Shown: piece by piece, positions 47,010 to 59,204 of the stretch
How positions within the stretch are numbered: position 1 is the stretch's first letter
Layout: the number at the start of each line of letters is the position of its first letter
Sequence record: NZ_CP015284.1
Direction: 5' to 3' (one strand)
DNA from: a plasmid
Length of the DNA: 64,000 nucleotides
Notes under the pieces: generated by a model
What the model was told of the DNA's origin: nothing
Database searches by the model: none
The model's input: only the letters and a program-made list of their open reading frames with translations
Made by a program: the position numbers and the translations under genes

Positions 47010-47357
47010 ATGAAATTGACTATTATTATATATAACAACAAAAGGATGGTTGGGAAATACCTAGTTGATACGGTTAGTGAGACTATAGAAACGTTTGTAA
47101 GAAAAGATGATTATCTGTTAAATACAGAATTCACTTATGAACGGATGGTAGACTTTCTAAAAGGGCGTCAAATTGATTTTGGTCGAAAAAATCGAAAAGA
47201 GCTTTTAGGCTATACTTATAAAGCTCCAGATGTCTGGCATGAAATTGCCATGACACACGGTTTTGATACCGATGATTTTTATTGGGTATCAATACCAGAA
47301 CTCAACGATGAACCGTTTGTTTTAGAAGACCATCATCCTAACTTAGGAAGACGATAA
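47010..47357 (+). CDS. Hypothetical protein (115 aa)
   Basis: RBS gggaggacaatagttATG. Extended -10 TGCTATACT upstream at about 46948. Confidence 0.55.
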   Translation: MKLTIIIYNNKRMVGKYLVDTVSETIETFVRKDDYLLNTEFTYERMVDFLKGRQIDFGRKNRKELLGYTYKAPDVWHEIAMTHGFDTDDFYWVSIPELNDEPFVLEDHHPNLGRR

Positions 47358-47378
47358 ACAATTATTTTAACGAAAAAG

Positions 47379-47410
47379 AAAGACTTGGTATTGTACCAGG
47401 TCTTTTTTTG
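47379..47410 (+). terminator. Hairpin plus T-run immediately before the RBS of the methylase-helicase gene
   Basis: aaagacttggtattgtaccaggtctttttttg. Confidence 0.6.
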
Positions 47411-47431
47411 TTTTAAGGAGAAAGAACAACA

Positions 47432-50400
47432 ATGGAAGAACAAAAAAATAATACTAAAACAATGACTAAAGCAGAAAAGGTTCAAGCTAACCTTTCTGCT
47501 ATTAAACTTGTGAAAGCACTCGAAGCAGATAACCGTCTAGCTGATAGTGCCGAACAAGAAATTCTCTCTAACTATGTTGGTTGGGGAGGACTTGCTAACG
47601 ATTTCTTTGATAGTAAGATTAATCGTTTTGCAAAAGAACGTGATGAGCTAAAAAGTCTTGTCACTAAAGAAGAATATCGTGCGATGGAAATGAGCTCCTT
47701 GACGGCTTACTACACAAGTCCAGAGATTGCTACTGCAATGTGGGATAAGATTGTAGAAAGTGGTTTTAAAGGAGGTAATATTCTTGATCCATCAATGGGT
47801 ACTGGTATCTTCTTTGAAACAATGCCAGAGGACATCAAGAAGAATTCTACACTTTATGGAATTGAACTTGATACCATTACTGGTGCTATTGCTAAACACC
47901 TTCATCAAGATGCTACTGTTTTAGTCCAAGGATTTGAAACAGTAAACTTTGAAGGGACCCCATTTGACTTGGTCATTACGAATGTTCCATTTGCGGATGT
48001 TCGCATTGTCGATAAGGCTTATGATAATAAACCTTATCGTATTCATGATTACTTCTTTAAGAAAGCTATCGATTTGGTACCCTATCATGGGATGGTTGCT
48101 GCTATCACTTCAACTGGTACTGCAGATAAGAGTGCTGGTTCAATTCTGCCAGAACTCCGTCGTAGCGGAACTCAGTTTTTAGGTGGTGTCCGCTTACCAA
48201 ATACTGCTTTTAAAGATGCTGGAACACGAGTGGTAACAGATATCCTATTTTTCCAAAAAGGAGCTTTTATCCCTGTTCCCGATAATAATATCGACTTTTG
48301 GTCTTCAGATAGAAATAAACTCCCCTTTGATAAACGTGTCTCACTCAATCCCTATTTCTTCCAGGATGCTATTTGTAAAAATCCTTGTGTCCTAGGTGAT
48401 TATCAGGTACGTAATTTCAATGGTGGAACACTGGATCTTGTGGTAGATAGCTCTTTTGACTTAGCTTCAGAGCTTCAAGAAGCACTATCAAAAGTAACAG
48501 TGCCTTTCGAAGTAGAGAGACTAGAACCTCGTGATATTATCCTTAAAGAAGAAGTGAATCATCTTGACCAAGGCTTACTTACTTCACTTGATATTCGATT
48601 GAATGAGTATGCTTGTGATAAAAATGGGCGTGTCTATTATCGTGATAACACGTCTATCCGTCCTAGCTCACGCGCAGCTGAAATGATTTTTTATCAAGAC
48701 GAACAAGGACAGTTCGTAAAATACGATGATAAATACAAAGAAGAAGCCATTTTAGACTTTGAAGCAGCAGTAGAAGCAGACCCTAATATTGTTACAAATA
48801 CATGGGTAAGTCAAACACCTTCTAAAGCAGCTAAAAGTAAAGGGCTTTACAAAGGTATTTATTTCTATGAAACACCCCTTACGGATACAGAAAACAAGCG
48901 TATCCGTGGCATGGTTGCTATCAAAAATGCTTATCAAGCCATTATTGATATTCAAATGACGACAGACTATGATGAAGGGAAATTCAAACAACTGCTTGCA
49001 ACACTTAATCAAGCCTACGATACTTTCAAGAAGAAGTATGGTTATATCAATCAAGCGGTGAATGCTCGCCTCTTTGACCGAGATGACCGTTATCCTCTTA
49101 TCGCTAGTCTTGAATTAGAGGAGTTGGACGAGAATGACAGCTCAAAGGTAGTCTTTGTGAAGTCAGATGCTTTTAAAAAGCCAACTATTCGTCCTAAAAA
49201 ACACCTCCATCAAGTGATGTCAGCAGTAGAAGCTTTGAATGTGTCGCTTTCAGAAGGTCGTGGCGTTGATTTGAACCTCATGAGTTCTGTCTATCCAGAT
49301 GTTTCAGAAGATATGATGATTTCAGAACTAGGTGAGACAGTGATGATTGATGTGGAACGCTATATTGATGATAAGACTGTACACTATGTTACTAAGGATA
49401 AATTCCTTTCCGGTGATGTTCTTGCTAAACGTGATTGCATTAACTCTCTCATTGAAGACGGAGATACACAAGCGGATTGGGAACGATATTTGGAATTGAT
49501 TTTATCTGTTGTACCAGAACCAGTTGTCTTATCTGATATTGATTTCAGCATTGGTTCTAGCTGGATTCCTAGTAACGTCGTTTCTCAATGGGTGTTTAGT
49601 GAATTGTTGGATGAAAAGGTTGGTCTCCATTCTGAAGAAGCTAAATCACTATTAGTGACATCCAGAATCGGACGAGGTTTCAACGAACGCTTGTTAAACT
49701 GCTATATGAGTCGTCAATCTAACCTTCGTTTAGGTCTACGTGATGAGTACAATAAAAGCTACTCACACGCAACAGATATTGTGGCTCACTTGCTTACAAG
49801 TAATCAACCAACAATCATGCGTAACTTTGGTACGACTGAAAATCCTGTACGTAAGGTTGATGAAGTGGCAACAGCAAACCTACGTGAGTGTGAGCGTGTT
49901 CTACAAGAAAGCTTTAAGAACTTTATTCATGAAAACCCAACAGTTCAAGAAGTGATTGAGGATACCTACAATGAAGTCTTTAATCGCTATGTGACACGTC
50001 AATATGATGGAAGTCTCTTGGAATTTGATGGGTTGGCTAAAGGAGTAGAGCTTCGCCCTCACCAAAAAAATGCGGTACAACGTATTCTTGAAGAGAGACG
50101 TGCACTACTTGCTCACGAAGTGGGTACTGGTAAGACACTAACCATGATTTCTGCAGCTTTCAAGATGAAAGAACTAGGGCTTATTCATAAACCATTGTTT
50201 GTGGTTCCATCTAGTCTAACAGCACAATTTGGTCAAGAAATTATGCGTTTCTACCCTACCAAGAAAGTGTTTGTTACGACTGAGCAGGACTTTGAAAAGT
50301 CACGTCGTCGCTTGTTCGTTTCTCGTATTCTAACGAGCGACTATGATGGTATTGTGATTGGGCATTCTCAATTTGAGAAAGTTCGTGTCTCACAAGAACG

Positions 50401-52948
50401 TGAACAAGCCTTTATTTCGGAAAAGATTGATGAGCTTGATGAGATCATTAGTTACGCAAAAGCTAATGATGACAAAATCACTTTTAAGCAAGCACAATCT
50501 ATGCGTAGAAGTCTTGAGGCAAGCTTAGAAACGTTGCTTGAAAACAAGACTGGTATTGATGAGTTTATCAACTTTGAAAGCCTTGGTATTGATATGCTCT
50601 TTGTTGATGAAGCCCACGGGTACAAGAATGTCCGTCCTATGACACGTTTGGGGAACGTTGCTGGTATTACCAACCGTACCTCAAAAAAGAATATGGATAT
50701 GGAAATGAAGGTGCGCGTGCTTCAAGAAGAGCATGATACACGTCACGTTGTCTTTGCGACTGGAACACCAGTTTCCAACTCTATTAGCGAAATGTATACG
50801 ATGATGAATTATCTTCAACCAGATGTCATGGAACATTTTGGTGTCAGTTTCTTTGATGCTTGGGTTGGTGCGTTTGGGATTGTTGAGAATAGTCTTGAGC
50901 TTAACCCTACTGGAGACAAGTATATTTCACGTAAACGCTTTGCTAAATTTATGAATCTCCCTGAGCTGATGGCGATTTACCGTCAGACTGCAGATATCCA
51001 AATGACTGAAGACCTTAATCTTCCAGTTCCTATGGTAGAAAAGGTAGCGGTTGAAAGTCAGTTGACGGATAACCAAAAAGTTTATTTGGATGAGCTTGTA
51101 GAACGCTCAGACCGAGTTAAAAATGGGAGTGTAGATCCTAGTGAAGATAACATGCTTAAAATCACTAGTGAAGCCAGAAAGTTGGCTTTAGATATGCGTT
51201 TGCTTGATGCAGAGCTCTATGTAAGAGCTGATGCAGACAAACTTATGCAAGTGGTTGAGCGAGTGGATAAGATTTATCACATGGAAGCTAAGCATAAAGG
51301 GACACAGATGATTTTCTCTGACCTTGGAACTCCTAATGGCAAAGGTTTCTCTGTTTATCAAGAGTTGAAAGATTTGCTTGTTGAACGTGGGATTCCAGAA
51401 GAAGAGATTGCTTTTATTCACGATGCTGCTAACAAAAAGGCTAAGCTCCAACTTCAACGTCAAATGAATGCTGGTGAGATTCGTATTCTCATGGCCTCAA
51501 CGGAAAAAGGGGGAACCGGTCTTAACGTACAACGTCGTATGAAAGCTGTTCATCACCTCGATGTGCCTTGGAAACCGTCTGATATTATCCAACGTAATGG
51601 ACGTTTGGTTCGTCAAGGAAATATCTATCGTAAGGTAAATATTTTCCACTATATCACTAAAGGAAGCTTTGATAACTACCTTTGGCAGATTCAAGAAACA
51701 AAGCTTCGTTATATTACTCAAATCATGACCAGTCGTACACCGATGCGAGCTTCAGAGGATATTGACGAGCAAACACTCTCAGCCTCTGAATTTAAAGCTA
51801 TTGCGACAGGTAATCCATATCTTAAACTTAAGATGGAACTTGATAACGAATTTGAGTTGTTGTCTAATCGTCGTAAGGCTTGGAAACGTGATATTGCTTT
51901 GTCTCAAAAACGTATTAAGCAGGCCCTTAAAGATAAGGCAATTTACGAGAAGAAACTTTCTCTATTAGTCCAGGATAAAGAGCTTGCAGAAAAGACAAGA
52001 CCTTGGAAAGAAGTGGTTGAAAAAGAAGATGGTAAGAAATATGAGGTTGAGCATAACCCATTTGTTATGACATTTGAACCAGATGGATACGAAGCAACTA
52101 AGAAAGATGTTGCAGGGAATCAACTGAACTATGCTATGCAGATGAATGTTGCCGCTGATCCACTCCATATGAAAATGACAACCCTTGCTCATTATCGTGG
52201 TTTTGTCCTTCGTGCGTTGGAACAAAAATCACCTTGGCAACCAGAACGCATGCTTGACTTGCATATTATTGGTCAAAATAGCTATGCTGTTCGTCTAGAC
52301 TTTGCGAGTGGTATTGGGACTATCCAGCGTATCAACAATGTTATTGATGGTATGGATAAACAAGCCAAACTCTTACAGGAAAACATTGAACGTTGTTCAG
52401 AAACTATTAAGCGAGGAGAAGCTGCAGATGTTTTTGCAGACCAAGCTCGTCTTGACTATGTATCAGCAAAACGTGCCATTGTTAATCCTCTTATCGAAGT
52501 AGAGGACGAGTCTAAGAAGCCTACTGTAGAACAAATTGAAGAAGCAATCAATGCTTTTGACTTGCGTTATAAGGCAGACCATCCAGAAATGGATGAGGAC
52601 TCAGATGTAAAAGTTAGCTCAATCACTGAGGAATATAGTACTAGCTATGATCCTGATGAAGAAAGCGAACTTGTTGAAGCTATCGATGAGTCAGTAGATG
52701 AAGCAGAAACTGCCTTCGAGGAAGAAGAAGTAGTTGCTAAAGAAACCGTTGAAGAAACGACTCATGTTGTTGTTTCACAAGAAGTTCTTGATATGGCTGA
52801 TGACTTCCTAGAAAGTATTTCTGAACTCTTTGGAATGACTGAAGAACATAATGATAATGTTGCTACAGAAGTAGTTTCTGAAACCTCTGTTAATGAGGTA
52901 GAAAAAGTAGAAGTTTACGAAGAAATTTCACTATTTGACTTTGTTTAA
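47432..52948 (+). CDS. N6-adenine DNA methyltransferase fused to an SNF2-family helicase (1838 aa), the conjugative-element anti-restriction type
   Basis: MTase motif [13 protein letters not shown]. Helicase motif [14 protein letters not shown], motif [14 protein letters not shown], motifs [19 protein letters not shown]...[11 protein letters not shown]. Acidic C-terminal tail. Confidence 0.85.
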   Translation: MEEQKNNTKTMTKAEKVQANLSAIKLVKALEADNRLADSAEQEILSNYVGWGGLANDFFDSKINRFAKERDELKSLVTKEEYRAMEMSSLTAYYTSPEIATAMWDKIVESGFKGGNILDPSMGTGIFFETMPEDIKKNSTLYGIELDTITGAIAKHLHQDATVLVQGFETVNFEGTPFDLVITNVPFADVRIVDKAYDNKPYRIHDYFFKKAIDLVPYHGMVAAITSTGTADKSAGSILPELRRSGTQFLGGVRLPNTAFKDAGTRVVTDILFFQKGAFIPVPDNNIDFWSSDRNKLPFDKRVSLNPYFFQDAICKNPCVLGDYQVRNFNGGTLDLVVDSSFDLASELQEALSKVTVPFEVERLEPRDIILKEEVNHLDQGLLTSLDIRLNEYACDKNGRVYYRDNTSIRPSSRAAEMIFYQDEQGQFVKYDDKYKEEAILDFEAAVEADPNIVTNTWVSQTPSKAAKSKGLYKGIYFYETPLTDTENKRIRGMVAIKNAYQAIIDIQMTTDYDEGKFKQLLATLNQAYDTFKKKYGYINQAVNARLFDRDDRYPLIASLELEELDENDSSKVVFVKSDAFKKPTIRPKKHLHQVMSAVEALNVSLSEGRGVDLNLMSSVYPDVSEDMMISELGETVMIDVERYIDDKTVHYVTKDKFLSGDVLAKRDCINSLIEDGDTQADWERYLELILSVVPEPVVLSDIDFSIGSSWIPSNVVSQWVFSELLDEKVGLHSEEAKSLLVTSRIGRGFNERLLNCYMSRQSNLRLGLRDEYNKSYSHATDIVAHLLTSNQPTIMRNFGTTENPVRKVDEVATANLRECERVLQESFKNFIHENPTVQEVIEDTYNEVFNRYVTRQYDGSLLEFDGLAKGVELRPHQKNAVQRILEERRALLAHEVGTGKTLTMISAAFKMKELGLIHKPLFVVPSSLTAQFGQEIMRFYPTKKVFVTTEQDFEKSRRRLFVSRILTSDYDGIVIGHSQFEKVRVSQEREQAFISEKIDELDEIISYAKANDDKITFKQAQSMRRSLEASLETLLENKTGIDEFINFESLGIDMLFVDEAHGYKNVRPMTRLGNVAGITNRTSKKNMDMEMKVRVLQEEHDTRHVVFATGTPVSNSISEMYTMMNYLQPDVMEHFGVSFFDAWVGAFGIVENSLELNPTGDKYISRKRFAKFMNLPELMAIYRQTADIQMTEDLNLPVPMVEKVAVESQLTDNQKVYLDELVERSDRVKNGSVDPSEDNMLKITSEARKLALDMRLLDAELYVRADADKLMQVVERVDKIYHMEAKHKGTQMIFSDLGTPNGKGFSVYQELKDLLVERGIPEEEIAFIHDAANKKAKLQLQRQMNAGEIRILMASTEKGGTGLNVQRRMKAVHHLDVPWKPSDIIQRNGRLVRQGNIYRKVNIFHYITKGSFDNYLWQIQETKLRYITQIMTSRTPMRASEDIDEQTLSASEFKAIATGNPYLKLKMELDNEFELLSNRRKAWKRDIALSQKRIKQALKDKAIYEKKLSLLVQDKELAEKTRPWKEVVEKEDGKKYEVEHNPFVMTFEPDGYEATKKDVAGNQLNYAMQMNVAADPLHMKMTTLAHYRGFVLRALEQKSPWQPERMLDLHIIGQNSYAVRLDFASGIGTIQRINNVIDGMDKQAKLLQENIERCSETIKRGEAADVFADQARLDYVSAKRAIVNPLIEVEDESKKPTVEQIEEAINAFDLRYKADHPEMDEDSDVKVSSITEEYSTSYDPDEESELVEAIDESVDEAETAFEEEEVVAKETVEETTHVVVSQEVLDMADDFLESISELFGMTEEHNDNVATEVVSETSVNEVEKVEVYEEISLFDFV

Positions 52949-53057
52949 AATGCGAAGGGTATTGTTAGTATCACTTTTGCAGCATAAAAACACCCTATTT
53001 TTGAACTGCACCCCAAAAGTTAGACAGAAAAAATCTAACTTTTGAGGTGTTTTTATT

Positions 53058-53594
53058 ATGAAATTAACTTATGAGGACAAGATTCAGATATATATACTGA
53101 GAAAACAGGGGAGAAGCTTCAAAGAGCTTTCAAAAAGATTTGGTGTGGATGTTTCTGGACTAAAATATATGGTGAGGTTGATTGAACGTTACGGAATAGA
53201 AATCGTCAAAAAAGGGAAGAATCGTTACTATTCTCCCGAATTAAAGGAAGAAATAATTAATAACGTTCTGCTTAAAGGTCGTTCACTAAGAAGTGTATCT
53301 TTAGATTATGCTCTACCCAATCCTTCTCTGTTGAAAAATTGGATAGCACAATACAAGAAAAATGGGTATACTATTGTTGAAAAAACAAGAGAGAGAGTAC
53401 CTAAAATGGGACGTAAACGTAAGAAAACTTGGGAAGAAATGACAGAACTAGAGCGACTCCAAGAGGAGAATGAACGCCTACGTACCGAGGTGGCCTACCT
53501 AAAAAAGTTAAAAGAGCTAGAAGACAGGGACGAAGCCATACAGCGAGAAAGGCAGAGACAATTAGAAAAATGGTTTCAGGAGGATTTCGACTAG
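53058..53594 (+). CDS. IS3-family transposase OrfA (HTH plus leucine zipper)
   Basis: Coiled-coil C-terminus [22 protein letters not shown]. OrfB begins in the -1 frame 25 nt before the stop. Confidence 0.85.
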   Translation: MKLTYEDKIQIYILRKQGRSFKELSKRFGVDVSGLKYMVRLIERYGIEIVKKGKNRYYSPELKEEIINNVLLKGRSLRSVSLDYALPNPSLLKNWIAQYKKNGYTIVEKTRERVPKMGRKRKKTWEEMTELERLQEENERLRTEVAYLKKLKELEDRDEAIQRERQRQLEKWFQEDFD

Positions 53595-54409
53595 ATTTAC
53601 TTCTTGAAACGGCTGGTTTAGCTCGCTCAACTTACTACTATCAGTTGAAACAACTAGATGGATTTGACAAAGATAAAGAGCTTAAAGCTGAAATTCAATC
53701 AATTTATTGTGAGCATAAAGGAAATTACGGCTATCGTCGAATGACTCTTGAATTGAGAAATCGTGGCTTCATGGTAAATCATAAGAAAGTGCAACGTCTG
53801 ATGAAGGTTCTTGGTTTAAGTGCTCGAATTCGTCGTAAACGTAAGTATTCTTCATATCAAGGAGAGGTTGGTAAGAAAGCAGAGAATCTCATTCAACGCC
53901 AGTTTGAAGCATCAAAACCAATGGAAAAGTGCTACACAGATGTGACAGAGTTTGCCATTCCAAATAGCACACAGAAATTGTATTTATCGCCTGTTTTAGA
54001 TGGCTTTAACAGCGAAATTATTGCCTATAATCTCTCAACTTCACCAAACTTAAAACAAGTGAAAGCTATGTTAGACCAGGCCTTCACAGAGGAGCATTAC
54101 GAAAATACAATTCTCCATAGTGACCACGGTTGGCAATCCCAACATCAGTATTATCATCAATTTTTAGAGGATAAAGGGATCCAACCGTCCATGTCACGTA
54201 AGGGAAATAGTCCAGACAATGGTATGATGGAGTCCTTCTTTGGCATTCTTAAGTCTGAGATGTTTTATGGTTATGAGAAGACGTTTCACTCACTTGAGCA
54301 ATTGGAACAAGCTATTGTAGACTATATTGATTATTACAACAACAAACGAATTAAGGTAAAATTAAAAGGACTCAGTCCTGTGCAATACAGAACTAAATCC
54401 TTTGGATAA
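53570..54409 (+). CDS. IS3-family transposase OrfB (DDE/rve integrase core)
   Basis: [13 protein letters not shown]...[24 protein letters not shown]...[13 protein letters not shown]. Confidence 0.85.
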   Translation: MVSGGFRLDLLLETAGLARSTYYYQLKQLDGFDKDKELKAEIQSIYCEHKGNYGYRRMTLELRNRGFMVNHKKVQRLMKVLGLSARIRRKRKYSSYQGEVGKKAENLIQRQFEASKPMEKCYTDVTEFAIPNSTQKLYLSPVLDGFNSEIIAYNLSTSPNLKQVKAMLDQAFTEEHYENTILHSDHGWQSQHQYYHQFLEDKGIQPSMSRKGNSPDNGMMESFFGILKSEMFYGYEKTFHSLEQLEQAIVDYIDYYNNKRIKVKLKGLSPVQYRTKSFG

Positions 54410-54493
54410 ATTAAATGTCTAACTTTTTGGAGTCAGTACAAAATAGGGTGTTTTAAATGAAGACAACGACGTTTTTATGATAATATTATATTT

Positions 54494-54937
54494 ATGAAGT
54501 TACATCTTTTTAAAACACGTATAAATAATATTCTACTCTCAGAAACAATAAAATATCTTTTTTTTGGTGTATTGGCAACCATAGTGTATTTTATAACAAG
54601 GACTATTACATATTTAATATTTGATTCTGCTATATTTTCTTCAGTGATAGCAAGCATTATATCAATCCTCTTTGCATTTTTTACAAACGATATTTTTGTA
54701 TTTAATCAATCTTCACAAAAGCGTATAAAAAGACTTATAAAATTTTTTATAGCACGACTTTTTACTCTACTCTTAGATATGTTCTTTGCTTGGTTTCTTG
54801 TAGATAAATATCCTAATATTTTAGGTGTTCTAGTTAAACATAATATACAAATTGTTAATATTTTAGAATCTTTTATATCACAATTTTTTATTATTGTACT
54901 AAATTACATTATAAGTAAATTTTTGATTTTTAAGTGA
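54494..54937 (+). CDS. GtrA-like small membrane protein
   Basis: Four hydrophobic helices. N-terminal ...KYLFFGVLATIVYF GtrA-like pattern. No clear RBS. Confidence 0.45.
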   Translation: MKLHLFKTRINNILLSETIKYLFFGVLATIVYFITRTITYLIFDSAIFSSVIASIISILFAFFTNDIFVFNQSSQKRIKRLIKFFIARLFTLLLDMFFAWFLVDKYPNILGVLVKHNIQIVNILESFISQFFIIVLNYIISKFLIFK

Positions 54938-55028
54938 AATGTCTCGCACGACAGCTCTCTGCAGGAGTTCCTCGGAAGGAGCGTTTATCGTTTTGATGTG
55001 GCAAAGCTAAGTCAAAACAGAATAAACG

Positions 55029-55265
55029 TTACTCTTTTGGAAATAGCTTACAAAGTTGTTCGATAGCTGAAAACATGGATTTGGCTGTTCTGTCTGGTAT
55101 CTTGAAAGCTAAGTAAAAGCGCGTTTTTCGCTCTAGGAAGGTCGCTAAACAGCCCTTGCTTTTGCCTCTGGAAGACACCACAGTATCGAGCTCCCAGTGA
55201 TCAAAGGTCTCACGATTCCTGACCTCTCTAGATGTTAGCTTTTCGTCACCCACTACAGTTGACAA
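55029..55265 (-). pseudogene. IS30-family transposase fragment
   Basis: ETFDHWELDTVVSSRGKSKGCLATFLERKTRFYLAFKIPDRTAKSM matches the HxEGDTV...G core of IS30 transposases. Only 78 aa remain. Confidence 0.6.
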
Positions 55266-55296
55266 AGAACCTTATATCTCATCTTATGTAAAACCA

Positions 55297-55335
55297 AAAG
55301 TCCCCCTTGGTAGTCAAACCAAGGGGGACTTTTTC
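55297..55335. terminator. Strong bidirectional rho-independent terminator
   Basis: aaagtcccccttggtagtcaaaccaagggggactttttc. Confidence 0.7.
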
Positions 55336-55453
55336 GAGGAAAATATAAGATTGATATTCTCCAACGCTCTTAAGAGCAATTCTATTTTCTATAAGTATTC
55401 TAGTATATTTAGATACATATGTCAACAGAAAAATATAATTTATTTAGCTTTAT

Positions 55454-56548
55454 TTAAAAATGATATTTTGAGTCCATAAAAATAAATTTTTTCCAGTCTT
55501 TTAAATTTGGATTCCCCATTCGTGTCAATAAACGAGTATTCAAGTCAAAATCAGGTGATTTGAAATGTTTATTGTTTCTATAAATAATTGAATTGATATG
55601 TTTTTTTAATGGTTTAGTACTTTCAAAATAATTGACAATCTGTAAAGTGTCAAATAAAGATAGGGCTGAAGGAGGTGTACCTGTTTCAGATGGTGTTAAA
55701 TTAAATAATGAAACCAAGCTCGCATTTAACTTAATATATTTTGGAGATTGGTAGCGATATACTAATGAACCGTGGGCACAAAAATTTCGAAGTGATTTAA
55801 TAATATCAAACATATTTAAAAATTCATTTCGATAAAATAATGGCATATTAAAGTCTTTCATTACCTTATTTAGTACGCTAGGATCTAAGTAATGTAGTAG
55901 ACAGATTACCTCTCCTAAGGTCATTGTTTCAACTGCGACCCAAAAAGGTACTGCAACGTGAGGATGATAGGTATAATTTGGAGCTTGGCCTGTACGAAAA
56001 GTTGTCTGACCGCTTTGGCTGGTATAACGTGAATCTGTATAAAACTGATAGTCAATGTGGTCGTTTTCGTTGATTAATTTTGTAAGATAAAAAGGTTTAA
56101 AAAGGATAAAATTATCAAATTCGTCATAGATCCTTTTGTTTTGGTAATTTACAAAGGGATAGTTGTTAGCAAATTGACTATTTCTTGGGTCTATATAATT
56201 TGATTTTAAGGTATAGTTCATAGTGTCACTTATTGTTAGACAATAAGTTTGTGTGAAATGGTGAGCTACTGAATTTTTTAACTTTGATTCAATATTATCT
56301 AAAATCTCCAGAATTGTAGTCGCCAATTTTTTATTAAATTTATAAATTGTAATAAAGTCATCTAATGTAACTTTATTGAATCGTTTGGGATTTCTACTAG
56401 AGAGTAAAAGGTTTTCAATTCCATTAAATAAATTAAAGTAATTATATTTTATTAGGGCATCATCAAGTTCTTTATCTTCAAAATACAATTTTCTTTCATG
56501 TAATTTTTGTTTTAAAGAATGACGCCCTTCGCTTTGTTTAATAGCCAT
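55454..56548 (-). CDS. Abortive-infection protein of the Abi_2 (AbiD/AbiF-like) family
   Basis: 364 aa. LRNFCAHGSLVYRY (the RN..AH.. motif of Abi_2). Isolated gene between IS remnants. Confidence 0.6.
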   Translation of the reverse strand: MAIKQSEGRHSLKQKLHERKLYFEDKELDDALIKYNYFNLFNGIENLLLSSRNPKRFNKVTLDDFITIYKFNKKLATTILEILDNIESKLKNSVAHHFTQTYCLTISDTMNYTLKSNYIDPRNSQFANNYPFVNYQNKRIYDEFDNFILFKPFYLTKLINENDHIDYQFYTDSRYTSQSGQTTFRTGQAPNYTYHPHVAVPFWVAVETMTLGEVICLLHYLDPSVLNKVMKDFNMPLFYRNEFLNMFDIIKSLRNFCAHGSLVYRYQSPKYIKLNASLVSLFNLTPSETGTPPSALSLFDTLQIVNYFESTKPLKKHINSIIYRNNKHFKSPDFDLNTRLLTRMGNPNLKDWKKFIFMDSKYHF

Positions 56549-56654
56549 GTGTTACTCCATATCCATAATATCTTGTCTTTAAGTATATCATATTTTAATA
56601 TTTTTTTATCACAATTCATCATGTAGTGATACTGTCCATAATTTTGTGTAAACA

Positions 56655-56740
56655 CTCAAGTAGAGTTTGTACTGACCTCAAAAAGTTAGACATTTAATTT
56701 ATCCAAAGGATTTAGTTCTGTATTGCACAGGACTGAGTCC
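56655..56740 (-). mobile_element. Right-end fragment of a second IS3 copy (IRR plus the last 13 codons of orfB)
   Basis: Reverse complement of tactgacctcaaaaagttagaca matches the IS3 IRR. Encodes ...[13 protein letters not shown]. Confidence 0.7.
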
Positions 56741-58371
56741 TTTTCTACAATTTGTCAAGTATATCAAGGTATTTGATGAAAAATAGTTTGAGTTCCATAT
56801 GTCAAACGAAGGAAATTGTCTTTTTTTTTTTGAGCTAAAGTTTAGTGTAAAAAGTGTACACAAAACCAACACCTTACCTAGTGATTTTTTTGATAAGGTG
56901 TTACAATAATATGGCATAAACAATTTTACCGATTTTGGGTAGAAGTATAATCGTAAAGTTTGTTATGCGTTATGAGGTAATACATTGTTCTGATGAGACG
57001 ATGTATAGAGGCAATCGTGTGTGGTTTGGTTGAAGTCACTTGCGATTGTCTTTTTCGTTTATCATAGAAGTCTGCGATATGACAAGGATTGCTGTGACTA
57101 GCTGAACCTATGTTATGAATGCACTTAAAGAGAATCTTTCTAGCATAGGGATTCCCACGTTTGGTGATATGTTCCTTGGCTAGAAAGTCCCCAGATTCAT
57201 AGTGTCTGAGGTCAATGCCGATAAAAGCATTGATTTGATTGGCAGAGTGAAATCGACGAATGTCACCAAGTTCACCAATAATGCTTGTCGCTGTAGTTTC
57301 AGCTATTCCAGGAATAGAGAGAAGAATCTCGTATTCTGGCAAAGGTTGAGCCAATGTTACCATCTCCTCTAAAACACTTTTTCTATATTCAGAAAGCCTA
57401 AGTAACTCCCCTGCATAGTATTTGACCTCTTCCATCATTGGAGAGGTTTTCTTGACCGCACAATAAGACTGATTAGCTAGTTTTGTAAGCTTATCTACTA
57501 AGTAAGTCACACGTTTTTCAGAGATGCGTTTTGATGTAGACTGACGGATGATAGCTCTTAATGTGGCGTCATCCAACTCCAGTACAAAACTATTACATGG
57601 AAAAGTTATGACCAAGTTCCAATATTGTTCCCCAGTTGGTGCCGACAAGATGTTTTCCAATTCAGGAAAAGTGACCTGTAAAACCTTGTGTAGACGGTTT
57701 TTAGCGCAGACAATATCTTCAGTAAGATTCTGATAGAAACGGCTAAGGTCTCGTAATTCTTGATAAAGCGCTTCTTGGACATAGCTTGGTTTACGATTGA
57801 GGATGAACTGAGACGCAGCTAGTTTTTCAGCGTCAATCTTATCAGTTTTACGTACTCGTAAGCTATCTAGTTGTTTTTTGGAGTCTAAGGGACTGAGGCG
57901 TGTATAAGCGTAACTATTATCCTCAAAGAAGGCCTGAAGACGACGAGAATAGACACCAGTCGCCTCGAAGACAATCTCTGGCTGGTGAACAGTCTTCAAG
58001 TCTCCAAGTAGTCGATTAAATCCGATGGCATCATTGGGTATGGTATAGCCATGTACTTTCTCTCCATTGATCAAGATGGCTACTTCTGAACTTGCTTTAC
58101 TCACGTCAATCCCAAAAACTACTCGCATTATATTACCTCTTTGTCTTGAATGATTCCTTGCTTTAGTGATGTCATTTTCAATACTCGACGTTTTTCGTCC
58201 CACATACTTTGATAACATTCTTCCTAAAACAGGTGTCTTGCCAGTTTTAGTTACGACGTCTAGCGCCAAAGGACTCATCGACTTAACAAGACACCTCTAC
58301 TTTAACATAACGAAAAAAAGTAGTGAGTACTTTCTCCCGTCGGAGATTTTCTCACTACTAATCTTAGTATG
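56741..58371 (-). mobile_element. IS110-family element inserted into the IS3 remnant
   Basis: Boundaries inferred from where the IS3 orfB reading frame is broken (KVKLK | GLSPVQYR). About 1.63 kb, no terminal IRs, as is typical for IS110. Confidence 0.6.
56926..58128 (-). CDS. IS110-family (DEDD) transposase
   Basis: N-terminus MRVVFGIDVSKASSEVAIL and C-terminal LLSIPGIAETTATSIIGELGD. ATG at 58128 preceded by GAGG. Confidence 0.85.
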   Translation of the reverse strand: MRVVFGIDVSKASSEVAILINGEKVHGYTIPNDAIGFNRLLGDLKTVHQPEIVFEATGVYSRRLQAFFEDNSYAYTRLSPLDSKKQLDSLRVRKTDKIDAEKLAASQFILNRKPSYVQEALYQELRDLSRFYQNLTEDIVCAKNRLHKVLQVTFPELENILSAPTGEQYWNLVITFPCNSFVLELDDATLRAIIRQSTSKRISEKRVTYLVDKLTKLANQSYCAVKKTSPMMEEVKYYAGELLRLSEYRKSVLEEMVTLAQPLPEYEILLSIPGIAETTATSIIGELGDIRRFHSANQINAFIGIDLRHYESGDFLAKEHITKRGNPYARKILFKCIHNIGSASHSNPCHIADFYDKRKRQSQVTSTKPHTIASIHRLIRTMYYLITHNKLYDYTSTQNR

Positions 58372-58700
58372 TTTTAATTTTACCTTAATTCGTTTGTTGT
58401 TGTAATAATCAATATAGTCTACAATAGCTTGTTCCAATTGCTCAAGTGAGTGAAACGTCTTCTCATAACCATAAAACATCTCAGACTTAAGAATGCCAAA
58501 GAAGGACTCCATCATACCATTGTCTGGACTATTTCCCTTACGTGACATGGACGGTTGAATCCCTTTATCCTCTAAAAATTGATGATAATACTGATGTTGG
58601 GATTGCCAACCGTGGTCACTATGGAGAATTGTATTTTCGTAATGCTCCTCTGTGAAGGCCTGGTCTAACATAGCTTTCACTTGTTCTAAGTTTGGTGAAG
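58297..58700 (-). pseudogene. 5'-truncated IS3 orfB fragment (codons about 170 to 270), with an adjacent small plus-oriented piece of the same orfB at about 58725..58770
   Basis: [38 protein letters not shown]... is identical in protein sequence to the intact copy. Plus-oriented gagcataaaggaaattatggctatcgccgaata matches orfB codons about 40 to 55. Confidence 0.7.
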
Positions 58701-59138
58701 TTGAGAGATTATAGGCGAAATTCAGGAAAATTATTATGAGCATAAAGGAAATTATGGCTATCGCCGAATAGTGGACCATCTAGAATACAACAAACGATAG
58801 ACTTTTGGTGGACATCAATTCCACAACAAGTTTCAATCATAACTTCCATTACAAAAACCTCCTGTTAACTATTGAACAATAGAACAAGAGGCTACTAGTA
58901 ATTTTATTTTCATGCTCAAGGCATATTCGAGTTATCTCATGACTCTTGTTCATCCAGTTTTTGTTACAGGCTAGGCAAAGCCCTATTAAAAACTACGGAT
59001 TTGTATTGTTCACCTTCATTATAAGCCGAACTTTCTTTTCTGTCATGAGTTAGCAGGCTAATCCTGCTTAGAGTTTTTGTTGCACTTCATTTTACAACAG
59101 GGTGAAAAGTTTTCTTCATGTATTTGTCGAAATTCTAA

Positions 59139-59166
59139 ATTGAATAATCGTGAATAAATGTTATAA
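59139..59166 (+). promoter_or_regulatory. Candidate sigma-A promoter for the protease-lanKC operon
   Basis: ttgaat, then about 17 nt, then tgttataat (extended -10), about 40 nt upstream of the RBS. Confidence 0.45.
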
Positions 59167-59204
59167 TACAGACGAGTAAGCGATTTCTTTAGACGGAGGA
59201 AAGT

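Larger units (their letters stand above)
52987..54454 (+). mobile_element. IS3-family insertion sequence (about 1.47 kb) with about 40-bp terminal inverted repeats
   Basis: IRL aaaacaccctatttttgaactgcaccccaaaagttagaca matches IRR tgtctaactttttggagtcagtacaaaatagggtgtttt. It sits immediately after the methylase-helicase stop. Confidence 0.85.

Noticed and set aside
53058-54409. Whether IS3 orfA and orfB should be merged as a single frameshifted transposase
   Set aside because: OrfB starts in the -1 frame 25 nt before the orfA stop near an A-rich slippery stretch, as expected for IS3 programmed frameshifting. The two frames are reported separately because the exact slip site cannot be confirmed by eye.
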